Source of the DNA: Podarcis melisellensis
Taxonomy: Eukaryota
Length of the DNA: 64,000 nucleotides
Strand: one strand, 5' to 3'
NCBI GenBank assembly: GCA_964234715.1
Contig: OZ174284.1
Both the position numbers and the translations under genes were made by a program. A model generated the notes under the pieces. The model saw only the letters and a program-made list of their open reading frames with translations. It was not told where the DNA came from and did no database searches. Within the stretch, counting starts at the first letter, position 1; every line of letters begins with the position of its first letter. This document shows, in pieces, positions 38,298-50,305 of this stretch.

Positions 38298-39019
38298 GTT
38301 GCGTGGCGAGTTCCCGCTTCCCACCAGAAGAAATAAAGACATGAGACACAATAATTAAGGTTAACGGGCAAAAATAGGCCACAACTTTATTGGTTACAAG
38401 TGATAAGCGGTATTGGCTTAGGCATTGGCCATAATCAACTATCCAGCTTCAGACCGTCTGTCTGAGAGGCCGGGAAGGGTTAACACCAGCAGGGGGAGCC
38501 CTGCTGATGCACATCAATTAGGCACTCCCCTGGGGTCACTGCTCGGGGGCGTGCCTTGGGCCCTGGCCTCCATAGGCTTTGGATGTGGCCACGCCCCCGG
38601 AGTCCTTTACCGGACTACCCTTCACAACCGGGGGAGGTGATGGCGCTCTCCCCCCCCATTCATCTACATAACAATACCCCGACCAATGCCTAATCGCCAA
38701 ACCGTGGAAGTTGTGATGATTTGCTACGAGGTTGGTGAAAAAACCAAATGGCCGGTGCCAATTTGCCAAGTGGAAAAATTCCTACCAGGCCCCTTGACGC
38801 GATCAACCGAGGTCCATAGCAAGGTCAAAGGAGAAACCTAAAGGGAGGGTGGGAGGGAAATTCCCCAGCTGATCAGCAGCAAAGAGGAAGCTTCTCTGCC
38901 GTGCTTGCCTTAAATGCAGCAAGCCACACCCCCTGAGCCAGCCGATAGGCAGGCCAGGGGATGACGCGGCAGAGGATTCCCCCTGTACACGCAGATCCGG
39001 GAGCGGGAAGCCCGCAACA
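38298..39019 (-). mobile_element. LTR-like element (family of 19087 and 30038)
   Basis: GTTGCG...CGCAACA ends, GGCCACAACTTTATT and GCTTAGGCATTGG blocks shared with 19087, CpG-rich. No TSD. Confidence 0.7.
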
Positions 39020-39589
39020 CCACCTCCTCCCTAGAGTCGGAAGTGGCTATGTAAGAGAAGAAAAGTGGTCATGGGGATGCACACAGAACCTTTTATTGTG
39101 GGTCCCTCCCCTGTCCTCTTCTTAGAGGAAATCTGTGGTCTCATTCCCTCTCTTTCCAGTTGCTGCTGCAAGGACTGATGAGACAATAGCACCTTTCTCT
39201 GCCCATCCCAGTCACATAGAGGCACGTTTAAAGATGGCATCAGCATTAGACAAGCCTGGCAATCCTGCCATCATTGATGCCAGCACCCAAAAGCAAGATG
39301 AGAAAAGTGGCCCTGATTCTGTTGACTCCCAAATAAACAGTTCCCTGTCCAGAATATTTATCTGACATATTGTGGATGCTAAAGCTAGATCAGTGTTTGA
39401 CTGGCAATTGTACATATGGGGCTGCTAGTTCATCTCGAATATATCCATGCCTTTTCTCACTGAGAATGAGGGTGGGGGGAGAGAAAGCTAAGTGAAAAAG
39501 TGATGTTGAGGTGTTCCTGTTGCCTGGCATTCATTCTGCATGGCAAGTGAGAATTCTTCTTCCAGGTTTCCCTGTTCTTTGAGTAGGAA

Positions 39590-40100
39590 GGGTGTCAGCT
39601 GCCGTGAGCTCTTTTAATTGCCCCTGTTTCACTGCGCTATGTTTGGAAGTAAAGAAAGTATTTGATGAACAGGCCTCTTCATCACAATTAAGAAGACTGA
39701 GCAAAGTGGAGGTCAGCTTTGTACCTGCAAGAGATTAAATGCAATCACTGGAACCAGAACCATGCAACCTTGACAGTTAGCCATGGAAGGTAATAAATCG
39801 CTATCGTAAGAAAAGAGGAACCATTAAATTGTCTGACTGATTGCAAAGGGGCATTAATTCATTCAATTAGTAATGAGGAAAACAATCAGCAAAAGAGAAG
39901 TGACAGACAGAGCGCTGCAGGAAAATGCTGGCCTTTAATTAAACACTAAAGTATCTATAGCATAAATTATTGTAATGGTTGGCTTTGAACATTCGGTGTT
40001 CTCAGCTATCTCTTCAATTAAATCATATGAAGAGATCAGAAAGTGATGTGGGTGGCTTGAAAGGGGGGAGGAATATTTCCCAGCTGCTGGCGTGATATTT
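39590..40100. promoter_or_regulatory. Putative conserved enhancer
   Basis: Dense TGACAG/TGTCAG, TAATTA, GTAATAAA (Hox/Cdx) and ACAAT (Sox) motifs in TE-free DNA. Untested. Confidence 0.45.
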
Positions 40101-40617
40101 TATTGATATAGAATTTTAGACAACGTTTGTTCTACTTAGAGCAGACCCAATTAAATTAGTGGGCATGACTTGGAGGGCTCATCCACACTTTCCCTTGTCT
40201 TGTGCCTAGAAAACATGGGTTTTGCCGGTTTTGCCTTTGTCTCGCTTCTTTTTCCGGAAAACCTGTTCTTTAGTGCTGAATTGGAAGAAACAGCAATCTA
40301 TGGAAAACTCAATCGCCGTCTGTTCTGGTTCAGCACTAAAGATTGGTTTTCACCAGGGGAAAGCAGCCGGGCAAGTGGAGGTGTGAATAAGCCCTGAGTA
40401 GAAATATTATGGGTGGCTACAACCCATAATCTTTACATTATGTTCTCTGAGTGTGACACAAGTCACCCTAAAAAGGCAGGAGGCATGGCGAAAGGAGACA
40501 TACCACTTTTGACGTCTGCAACTGTAGAATTTGAAGGATGTTTTGATCACTTGATGGCTGTTTTTTTGCACCTGATTCTCTTAATTGCATTTTTGAGTTG
40601 TGATATATTATTTGTTG

Positions 40618-40864
40618 TACAGTGGAACCTCGGTTTTTGAACGTAATCTGTTCCAGAATACTGTTCAACTTTCGAAACATTTGAAAACCGTGGCTCAATG
40701 GGCAGTCAGCAAAATCCATTGAAAAAAAATGGAAAAACGCGCCTCAGAAGCCGTTCGACTTCTGAGGTGCGTTCGAAAATGGAAGCAATTACTTCCAGGT
40801 TTTCGGTGTTCGCTTTCTGAATTGTTTGGCTTCTGAGACTCTCGAAAACCATGGTTCCACTATA
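40618..40864 (-). mobile_element. Tigger-type MITE family B
   Basis: TA-CAGTGGAACCTCGGTTTT...AAAACCATGGTTCCACTA-TA, an inverted relative of 45621. Confidence 0.85.
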
Positions 40865-41196
40865 CTTTGTGATACCCCCATAACAAGCAGTGCAAAAATA
40901 TTTAAACAAATATTTCAGGGGCACCATTTTCAATTGATTGAGGGCTTTTATGCTCTCCCCCCCCCTCTCTCACACACACACAAATGCTTTTTTGCATATA
41001 TTTCAGACTCAGTTCGCTCTCCTAGGAATAACTGTGTCTCAATTTATGATATGTACAGGAGCAAAAATCCAACAAATGGTCTTAAAATACACTGCTTTTT
41101 ACTTGTGAGAAGAGGCCTTTGAATCTTGCAGTCAATAGTGCGCTGCCACAATCTCTTTGCCAACGCCTCCACCAACAGTGAAACTGGACATGTTAC

Positions 41197-41215
41197 AAAC
41201 TCCCCCTAGTGGCAC
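41197..41215 (-). promoter_or_regulatory. CTCF motif
   Basis: Minus strand GTGCCACTAGGGGGAGTTT fits the CCASYAGRKGGCRS core with one mismatch. Confidence 0.55.
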
Positions 41216-41565
41216 AAGAAACTGGTTTCTGGTCTCACCCACTTGCATATTAATATGAGTGAGAGCACCTCATAACCCAGACATTTGCCATAAAAGTATC
41301 TAAGTCCTCCACTAAAATGGAAACTCTTCGCATCTATTTAGGCTGCAAGCCTTACATGGGAGTATAGCCTATTGACTCAGTGGGATTTCCTTATTAGTAG
41401 TAATGCACATTAAAGGACTGTATCCAGGCTGTAGCCTTAATTCCATGGCTGGAACTGAGAGCTTGGGCAGCCTGTCCTCTCTTTCTCATCAATATCTTGG
41501 GTCCATTGGCGTTCTTCCCTTTTTTGCATCTTCACACAGGCAGGAAGTGTCCTGCTCTTGTTGAA

Positions 41566-41586
41566 CTAGCGCCCCCTGCTGGTGAC
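41566..41586 (-). promoter_or_regulatory. CTCF motif (near-consensus)
   Basis: Minus strand GTCACCAGCAGGGGGCGCTAG. Confidence 0.72.
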
Positions 41587-43083
41587 AAGTCGATGTTCTC
41601 TTAAAAGAAATCATGTTCTTTCCACCTTATTTTAAAAAGAAAAAAATCGCTTGTAAACGGAGGTAGTGTGAGCCAGTGAAACTGATGTCACAGGACTGTC
41701 AATTTGTTGATTCACAAGTGACAACCAGTTAAAAAAAGCAATATAGGTGTGTATACATTTTAGTCTCTGCTGTGGGCACTTACTGTATTAGATAGTGCTC
41801 ACTATGGGAAGCGGGGAACCATTTCCGCCCACACTATGCCTGGAACAGTTTTGCAATTGTTTTAAAGGATTATTTTAAAATATCTTACTCTCTCTCTGTG
41901 TGTGTGTGTGTGTGTGTGTGGTGTTTTTTTTTGAAAAAAAAAACCCAGAAGGACCCTTGTGCAGCCTTACAGATGATCACATTTGTTACGGCACAAGTTT
42001 TCCCAGTCTGATGTAGGACGTGTTGTGCTGAGTTGCAAATAAATGTATATAGCATACCCCACAAATGTCCTGGAAAACTGGGACATCCCTTTTTTTTTTA
42101 TTGCAAGAGAATGGCATTCATTTTGGTTGTCGTGACCTCTTGAGATTTCACAGCACGATTCCCACCCCCTCAAAGCACTTTTGTGGGGGAAACTGGTGGT
42201 GCAAAATTGCACGAGGAACCAAAATGGCCGCTGTGCTTTTGCAACTAAAAATGGGAAGATGGCGACCAGGAAGATGACATTCTGAAATCTGGCTTCCAGG
42301 TATTGAACCACTTAGATAATTTTTTAAAGTTATATTTTGGCGGGTACAAAAGATTTATAAATAAATGAATGAATTGTGAGCCAATTTAGGGAGCTCACAA
42401 AAGAAGAGTTTTGTTTCTTCAGTTGCTTACAGAGGAAGCTTGTGAATAACAGACATTCTGCCACCCAAGTTAAATATTAGTCCATCCTTTTGTTATCAGT
42501 GAGGAATTTCAGCACCTTCTAAAATCTCTTCTCCTGGAACCAATGAGATTTAAGGAAGAGTAGCTTTGCCTAGATCATGCTTGTGCTATTATATAATAAG
42601 GTAAAGGAATAAAAAAAGATGCAATATTAGAAGCAAAGGCAGAATAAGGTACAGTCATAGGAGATTATGCAAATGTATAAAGCTAAAAGAAGGAGACGGC
42701 ATTTTAAGCAACACAACACAAACCACAGCCTTGCATGCTTAATAACTTTTGAGACAAAAAGCGTAATAAATCATACCTTAACATACACACTTAAGGGTCC
42801 TCAGCCAGCTGTGACTGACCAGCAAAAGGGATCTTGGGCTTGTGGTGGATGGCTTAATGAAAGTGCTGCACTGTTGTGTGGTAGCTGTGAAAAGTGTATT
42901 TTCTATGTTGGGGGTGATCAGAAAAGGCATTGAAAAATGAACCTCCCAGTATTGAAATTTCTTCATACATATCTGTGGAGCAACCACAAATGTAATACTG
43001 TGTATAGTCCTGGCTGCAGAAAAGGTCCTTTATACTAGAAACGTTTACCACTCTTGTGTCCTTTTAGTTTAGGAAAAGGCAGG

Positions 43084-43535
43084 TGTCATGGGCCAGGAGT
43101 CAGCTTCACCTGCTGAACAGCAGCCTGAAGGGAGAGAAGGCAGAGTGACTCCACCTGCAGCTGATCAGCCTTCAAGGACATAGAGGAGAAGGCACTGATG
43201 AGAACCAGCTGGCTTCAGAATTCTCAAGCAGAGCTTCTAGCAGAAGTCAGATGCTGGAAACAACTCCTTTAGTTCCTGGCCAAACCTTGTTGCTTCCTGC
43301 TCAGCTTGACCCTTGACCATCGGATTCCCTGATCCCTGGACTGTCTGACCACGTGGATTGCTGTTCGCCCAACCCTAGGACTGGACCTGACTTTGGATAT
43401 TGCCTTGTCTCCAGGCAAGTCCACCTCAGAGACTCTTCTAGTTGGCTGGCCTCCCCTTCCACCGAGCTCTGCTCGGTCTTGCTCAGCACAAGACTACCAC
43501 AGCAGGTAAGGCAGGGGACAGATAGAGGGGCGTCA
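43084..43535. mobile_element. Probable decayed LTR-like element
   Basis: TGTCATG...CGTCA ends and a compositionally distinct interior. No TSD. Confidence 0.4.
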
Positions 43536-43599
43536 AATTCTGCATGGTGAACAAAACGTGGATAGATAGAAGCATTTCCCCCCCCTATTCCTCCTGTCC

Positions 43600-43770
43600 T
43601 AAGACTGGAGCTGGACAACATCCAATCAAGCTGAATGATGGGAGATTTGGGACAGACAAGGGAAATTGCTTATTCACAAAGTTAAAAGTATGGACTTTGC
43701 TACCACAAGATACAGTGAGGACCACCAATTTAGACGGCTTCAAAGCCATTCATGAAGGGGAAGGCCATTA
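43600..43770 (+). mobile_element. CR1 LINE 3' fragment
   Basis: HPIKLNDGRFGTDKGNCLFT..VWTLLPQDTV..TNLDGFK resembles the CR1 ORF2 C-terminus. Confidence 0.7.
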
Positions 43771-43778
43771 GTATATGC

Positions 43779-43914
43779 CAGGCATAGGCAAACCCCGGCC
43801 CTCCAGATGTTTGGGGCTACAATTCCCATCATCCCTGACCACTGGTCCTGTTAGCTAGGGATGATGGGAATTGTAGTCCCAAACATCTGGAGGGCCGGAG
43901 TTTGCCTATGCCTG
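43779..43914. mobile_element. hAT MITE
   Basis: TIR CAGGCATAGGCAAAC with 8-bp TSD GTATATGC. Confidence 0.93.
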
Positions 43915-43921
43915 GTATATG

Positions 43922-44087
43922 CAATGCTTTTTTTCTGGTGGGTATGCAGGGGTACGCATTCCCCTAAACATTTTGTGAATCTTTGTCCATTTACTGTATT
44001 TACTTTTCCCAATTTGAACTATAAAATGGTGATTTTCTTGAGTCAAAATGAGAATACCCTAAACACATATTTAAGAAAAAAGCACTG
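43922..44087. mobile_element. Non-autonomous DNA transposon (CAGTGCTTTTTT-type TIRs)
   Basis: CAATGCTTTTTTTCT...AGAAAAAAGCACTG, with an internal CCCTAAACA repeat. Confidence 0.65.
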
Positions 44088-45620
44088 AGTACATGTCCTC
44101 TAGCAACTTGCCTCTGATTATTGGAGAACAACAGTGGGACAGGATAATTACCTTGTGCCCTGCTTGTGGACTTCCAATAAGCATCTGTTTGGCTACAGGA
44201 AGAAATAGGATGCTGGACTTTATAGGCCATGTGTGGGGAACCTTAGGCCCTCCAGATATTACTGAGCTACAACTCCCACGGGGTTCTTTGTGTCCTCTTT
44301 GATCCACCAGTTCCAATTTTCTGTTTGCAAGCATGAGAAGGTGCCTTGTATTCTCCTTGCCAAAGTTAATGGAATGGGAGAAACTGAGGGAATTGTCAAT
44401 TAGAATAGTTGCCAATCTGGCATGAGCTGAATGAAATGTGTAACATGGATAGTATGAAATGGAGACAGTCTGGGGAGCTAACTATAGTTAGAACGGAATT
44501 TATTTTGGTGCTACTAATCCGGCTACTTGATAGCTCTCCAAGACATGACAGTTATTGTGCCACAGAACTGAATACTCTGCAGAAAGAAGGCAATTATTCC
44601 CTCTCTGCCTCTGCAGGCCTGCCACACAAATGTGAGTTGAGGAGCACAGCCCTTCATTTAACGAAATAATTAGCTCAAATGGAAACTTGTAGCTAGTGTT
44701 CAGGTCAGTTTCAGTTCATGTAGCCTTTACAAAACCTACGTGTCATGATCTAGTCATAAAGAGGTCTCTGAATCTAATACTGTAGCTATCACTGGAATAC
44801 TGTTTAGGATATTGTGATATCGAAAGCACTGAGGGATCTTTGATCAGCCATGTGGTAGTTGTGCTGAGAGATGATAGATGGTTGTATTCTGCAGCCCCCG
44901 TCAGAATGATGATTCCTTACCTGGTTTCCTCCATATTATTTTGGAATCCAACTCCTACCATCACTGAATATTGCTGATTGGGATGGATGGATTTGTACTC
45001 TGAGATATATTGAGGGCACCAGATCAGAGGAGGTTAATCTATATGAGGCCACTGAGAGAGGTCATCTGGTAATTTGGGGCAAGGTGTTATCAGTATGATG
45101 ATGCTACCCAGCTCCCTCTCAAGTTGGAATTGAGCAATGTACTGAATGAGCTAGACCAGTGCCTGGGAGCACTGAATGGGAACCAGTAAACTGAAACTGG
45201 GTCTAACAAACTACAATAAGCTAATCAAACCAAACTTATTTCCCAAGGCTGAATTCTCTTTGCATCAGTTCTCCAATCCAGATTACAGATTACAAAGTGC
45301 CAGTCTTAAATAACAATGGAATTGAGACCCAAGTACCAAAAATAGTACCTCCTCCAATATTAGCTCTTTTGCAGGGGTGGACTAGTTGATGGTGCAGAAT
45401 AGATTTAAAGACGTTCCTGGTCGCCCAAGGCACTTAATGAATGCCAACCTTGAAATTATTTGCTGTGAGGGTATTGAATCTGGTTTTTTTACATGTTTTC
45501 AGCTGTTTGATTGTGTTGATTTAAAAAAAAATACATATAAAAGGGTAGGATAGAAATTTAATAACAAAATAAATAAAATAAATAGCATGCAAGAACATCA
45601 TGGAAACAAGGCCATCATGG

Positions 45621-45865
45621 TACAGTGGAACCTTGGTTCTCGAACGGCTTGGTTGACGAACAAGTCAGCTCCTGAACGCCCAAAACCTAGAAGTAAGTGT
45701 TCCAGTTTTCGAACATTTTTCAGAATCTGAATGTCTGTCGTGGTTTCCACGTGATTACAGGAAGCTCCTGCAGCAAATCGGAAGCCACACCTTGGTTTTC
45801 AAATATTTTGAGAGTCGAATGGACCTCCGGAATGGATTAAGTTTGAGAACCAAGGTTCCACTGTA
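45621..45865 (+). mobile_element. Tigger-type MITE family B
   Basis: Perfect TIR CAGTGGAACCTTGGTTCTC with TA TSD. Confidence 0.9.
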
Positions 45866-46074
45866 CTACTTATTGGTGGAAAAGCATGTCTGCCTAAGTA
45901 TTTCCCTTGTGGTATATGGCTTAGCTGAAACATTTCTGAAGAAAATTTGAGAATTTCCCTCTTCCCCTGGAATTTTTTTGAGAATTTAACCCCCAGAGAA
46001 TATTCACTTGCATGTCTTTCCCATTTTGTTGCCAGCACATAGAGTGGAGAATCTCAGGCACCACTGTGAACTCT

Positions 46075-46355
46075 GCAGTGCATAGACTGTGGAACTCAGT
46101 TCCACAAGTGGCAGTGGTGGCCACCAACTTGGTGGGCTTTAAAAGAAGATTAGATAAATTCATAGAGAATGGGGTTACCAGACATGATGCTAGACATGCT
46201 AGACATGATGGCTATGCTCTGCCATGGTTGGAACAGTATTGTTCTGAGTACCAGCTGCTGGAAGCCACAGGAGTAGAGGATGTTCTTGTTCTCAGGTGTC
46301 CTACAGGTGCTTGTCAGAACAGGATGCTGGACCTGAGCTCTTCTTAGTTCTTATG
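46075..46355 (+). mobile_element. CR1 LINE 3' fragment
   Basis: Encodes RLWNSVPQVAVVATNLVGFKRRLDKFIE and ends in a TTCTTA(G/TG) tail. Confidence 0.8.
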
Positions 46356-47660
46356 AGCCACCCCAACCTACCCTACTTCAGTACTGCTGATGCAATAAGT
46401 TTGACTCCTGTTCCTTCCAGCCCTTCTCTCTTGGCTCATTGCTTCCTTCATTTACCAACAACACTATAGTTTCGTTCACTATTAGCCAATATGCAGTTTC
46501 TCAGATTAGAATTTTCTGATAAATTTTCTGAGAATTTTTTCTCTTTGTTCTCCCCACAGCTGTTGGAGAATTTGGAGCCTTCTCAGGCAGCGTTTTCTAA
46601 CTGCCCCTCCCCCCCCCCAAATTCCAAGCTATTTCCCCATCTTAGAAGAAAAACTCAGAAGTGTATTTTACAAATGAATGGTATAATAATACTGTTTGGG
46701 GCTGAAATACTATACATTTCTGCCTTGTTATTTTCACACACACACACACCCAGTCATAATAGCAACCTTTGTTTTGATACAGGATATTTTCCATGGATTA
46801 ATGAGATTTTGAATCATTAATCTCCAGGAAATGTCCTTATTGATTAGGATATCTTTGACCTCTAGAAATGCCACTTATCTCCCAGAGGTCGTTTAGGTTT
46901 CACAAATATATATATTTCCAAGGCAATGGCAAGTAGAGGGAAAGGATGCATCTTGGCAGAAGCTCTTAAAGCTGCCCTTCAGAAGTGTGCTGGGACATAA
47001 TGTACAATCTTACGCTGTTGTACGAAGCACCATTTTGATTATGCGTACTGAGGACTCTTAGAATGTAACCAGAAGCCCTGCCAAAAGCTAATTGGACATG
47101 TGTGTCTCTGCCTGCTTCCTGCTTGTGACATTTACATCAGATGTGAGGTACTTAGTCAATATTTGCTTTTTACCTTGATCATTTCCTTGACCTTTTCAGC
47201 GTGAAATGGGTTCTCTTTTTGTAAGCCACAACACAGAATCTCTCTCTCTCCACTCCTCTCTCTCTCTCTCTCCTACTTGACAAGCTTCTTTTCGTTCAGT
47301 GCTTCCTACTGCGTTACTGAGTCACAAATGCTGCTGTGGACACCACAGTCTCACAGGGCACATGTTTTGCACTACTGAGATTTGATAGCTATTTCTTAAT
47401 AAGAGACACCAGCACCTGTTCAGCAACTGCGCTCTGAGAAGTTTGTTCTGTAATCGACACAACACACGCATCAATGCAGTGCTTCCTGATACAGCAATTT
47501 TGGTCTGACCTGCAACTCATGCTAGCTGACATACAAATATAGGTCGTGCTGATTTCGCCCTGGAATGCTAAACCCAAAGTGGGGGACATTAAGTAAGAGG
47601 CCACTCTCCCCTCCCCCTCCTCATTCCCAATACTGTGCTAATCCTGCTGAATCTAGTACA

Positions 47661-47938
47661 TTTCAGAGCACAATTCAAAGTGTTGGGCTGACTTTTAAAG
47701 CCCTAAACCGTCTCGGTCCAGTACATCTGAAGGAGCATCTCCACCCCCATCGTTCAGCCCGGACACTGAGGTCCAGCTCTGAGGGCCTTCTGGAGGTTCC
47801 CTCATTGCGAGAAGCCAAGTTACAGGGAATCAGGCAGAGGGCCTTCTCAGTAGTGGCACCTGCCCTGTGGAACGCCCTCCCACCAGATGTCAAAGAGAAC
47901 AACAACTACCAGACTTTTAGAAGACATCTTTAGGGAAG
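47661..47938 (+). mobile_element. L2 LINE ORF2 C-terminal fragment
   Basis: Encodes LTFKALNRLGPVHLKEHL...RTLRSS...RAFSVVAPALWNALP. Confidence 0.88.
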
Positions 47939-48343
47939 CTCCCAACCCTTCTGGGATCCCCAATATTTGCGGGGAGGCAATGTTCCAAAAAACCAGGGCC
48001 AAGGGCAGAGCTAAGAGTGATGCAGATTCAGTGGCCACTTCCTCCTCCTGCTGCTGCTGCCGTGGAGTGGAATGAGGGTGAAAGCATCTCCCAACCAGTA
48101 GTGGTGGCAGGAGGAGGAGGAGCCACCAGCCATTGAAACTGTGCTGTTGCTGTGTTTGGCTCTGCCTCTTGGCTCCTCCTGACATCTTGACACCATGTTG
48201 GGATGTCAAATGCACAGTGTCGCCCCGCCCACCCCAAATCTCCCTCACAAGTTGACGCCTCTGATCTTGTAACAGCTACAGCCGTGTTTGTTATAGAGGA
48301 GAGGGAAAACAGTGTCATTTAAAGCAAATGGCTATGTGCCATT

Positions 48344-48703
48344 GGGACGCGGGTGGTGCTGTGGTCTAAAACACAGAGCCCTAGGGCTTGCCGATCAGAA
48401 GGTCAGTGGTTCGAATCCCTATGACGGGGTGAGCTCCTGTTGTTTGGTCCCAGCTCCTGTCCACCTAGCAGTTCGAAAGCACGTCAAAGTGCAAGTGCAA
48501 GTAGATAAATAGGTACTGCTCCAGCGGGAAGGTAAATGGTGTTTCCGTGTGCTGCTCTGGTTTGCCAGAAGCGGCTTAGTCATGCTGGCCACATGACCCG
48601 GAAGCTGTATGCCAGCTCCCTCGGCCTATAGAGCAAGATGAGCACGCAACCCCAGAGTTGTCCGCAACTGGACCTAACGGTCAGGGGTCCCTTTACCTTT
48701 ACC
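48344..48703 (+). mobile_element. Sauria SINE
   Basis: Full length, TSD CTAT(G/T)TGCCATT. Confidence 0.95.
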
Positions 48704-49497
48704 TATTTGCCATTAATGGGCACATCTTGTGCAGAGGGACACTTGCATGTTCATTATAATAGCCTCTTTGTAAGTAGACCAGCAAATTCGCCAGAAGTGT
48801 AGGAGCTCCTGACAAATAATCACATGTGGGCTGCAGCACACTGGGAAGAATGGTGCTCTCTTATTCTCCCAAAATGACACTGCTGCGTTAGGACTCAAAA
48901 GCAATCATCGCAGGATTGTGGGGAGGGGGTACTTCTGTATATAAGGAACTCATTATCAACATGTATGAACCAGCTTCTGTTCACCCCCTTTAAGCACATC
49001 ACATGGGATCCAATCAAGTGATGGCTTGCCGATTGAGGAGCTTTGGTGGACATACAGAGCTTTGCACTTCACATGGGCTCTTTTAGGAGAAAGCACTTGA
49101 ATGTGTACAGTAAGGATAAAAAGAAGTAGGATGTCTAGAAGCTCCACATGGGTGCTGCAGTGTGTAGGGATGTGTATAGATGCTAGGAGATGATTTATTT
49201 ATTAGATATTATCTTTCCTTCCTCACGTTTGTGGGTTCAGCAGAGTGCAACTCCTTTGCAGCTTAAAAGGGAAGCTTAGTTAAGCTAGTTCTATCCTTTT
49301 AGCTTAAGTAACCCAGGATGCTTTAAGGCAGACTGGATTATCCTGGTATTTCCCACTTTTCTCCCCCTTTAAATAACAATCATACAATCTTTTGAAAGGT
49401 AAAAAGCATTTATTCACTCAAAGTGTAACAGATACAGTAGCTTTGTTCAGACAGGTTTGAAGTGATAATCCAGTTGCAAAGATATACTTTAGTCCAG

Positions 49498-50305
49498 TTT
49501 TTTTTTTAATTAAAAAAATTAAGGATTTTCTTAGTTCTTCAGGTTGTGTTTTCTACAGATCAGTTACATTTGTTGTGAGACATTAGTGTTGTATGCAGTA
49601 TAAGGTAGGGGAGAGGAAGGGGGTGGGTGGGATGGTAAAGTTTATATTTTTATACTTTGTGTATGTGTGGGGTTTTGTGTCAGCATCATTTGGGTAGGTT
49701 CACTTCCTATTCACTTGGTAGTGAGATAGGTTGGGTGTAGCCTAGGGTGTGGTTGGTTGTCTTTGGTTGGCTTCAGTGACAATTGTGTGTGTGAGGAAGT
49801 GGGTTGTCGGATCAGGTTAGTCATATGCTGTTGGTGGATTCTTGTTATTGTCTTGTTGGGCTGTGTGTGTGATAAAGGGGAACCATACTGAAGGCGTCTT
49901 CTTCTGTTTGTTCCATGTCAATTTCATTCTACTGGTTAGCTTTTCTAGTGTTATATACTAACCTTGGATCCTAGAACAATAGGCAAGTAGGATCCTAGAA
50001 TGAAACAACTGATTGGCCTGCAGGAAAAGACCAATCAGGCTCGAGGAGGCAAGCAGAATCAACCAATCAGACGGGACTCATTGTGTAAATAATGTATATA
50101 AAAGCCTGAGGTTTGGGGGGCAATTCAATCATTGTTTTACAAACTGCAATAAAGAGCATGAAATCACTACAGGACTCCGAGTATATTTCATCTAGTAAGG
50201 CTGTTTGCCATGCAATTTGATACCAGTGGTCCATGTTTACTTCTGACCAGTCTCTTCAATGTCTAGCTATGATGCTTCTGGCTGCTGAGATTTAGTTCAG
50301 TTTAA
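49498..50305 (-). mobile_element. L1 LINE 3' end, interrupted by a solo LTR
   Basis: T-run at 49498-49507. Minus strand encodes SAARSIIARH..DHWYQIAWQTALLEKLT...VWFPFITHTAQQDNNKNPPTAY. Confidence 0.82.
49949..50190 (+). mobile_element. Short solo LTR (242 bp) nested in L1
   Basis: TGTTATA...TATTTCA, 5-bp TSD TCTAG, with CCAAT boxes, TATATAAAA and AATAAA in U3-R order. Confidence 0.9.

Noticed and set aside
44900-44980. ATGATGA...CTGA spacing resembling a C/D-box snoRNA
   Set aside because: No convincing terminal stem, and the sequence overlaps a decayed hAT-MITE-like core.
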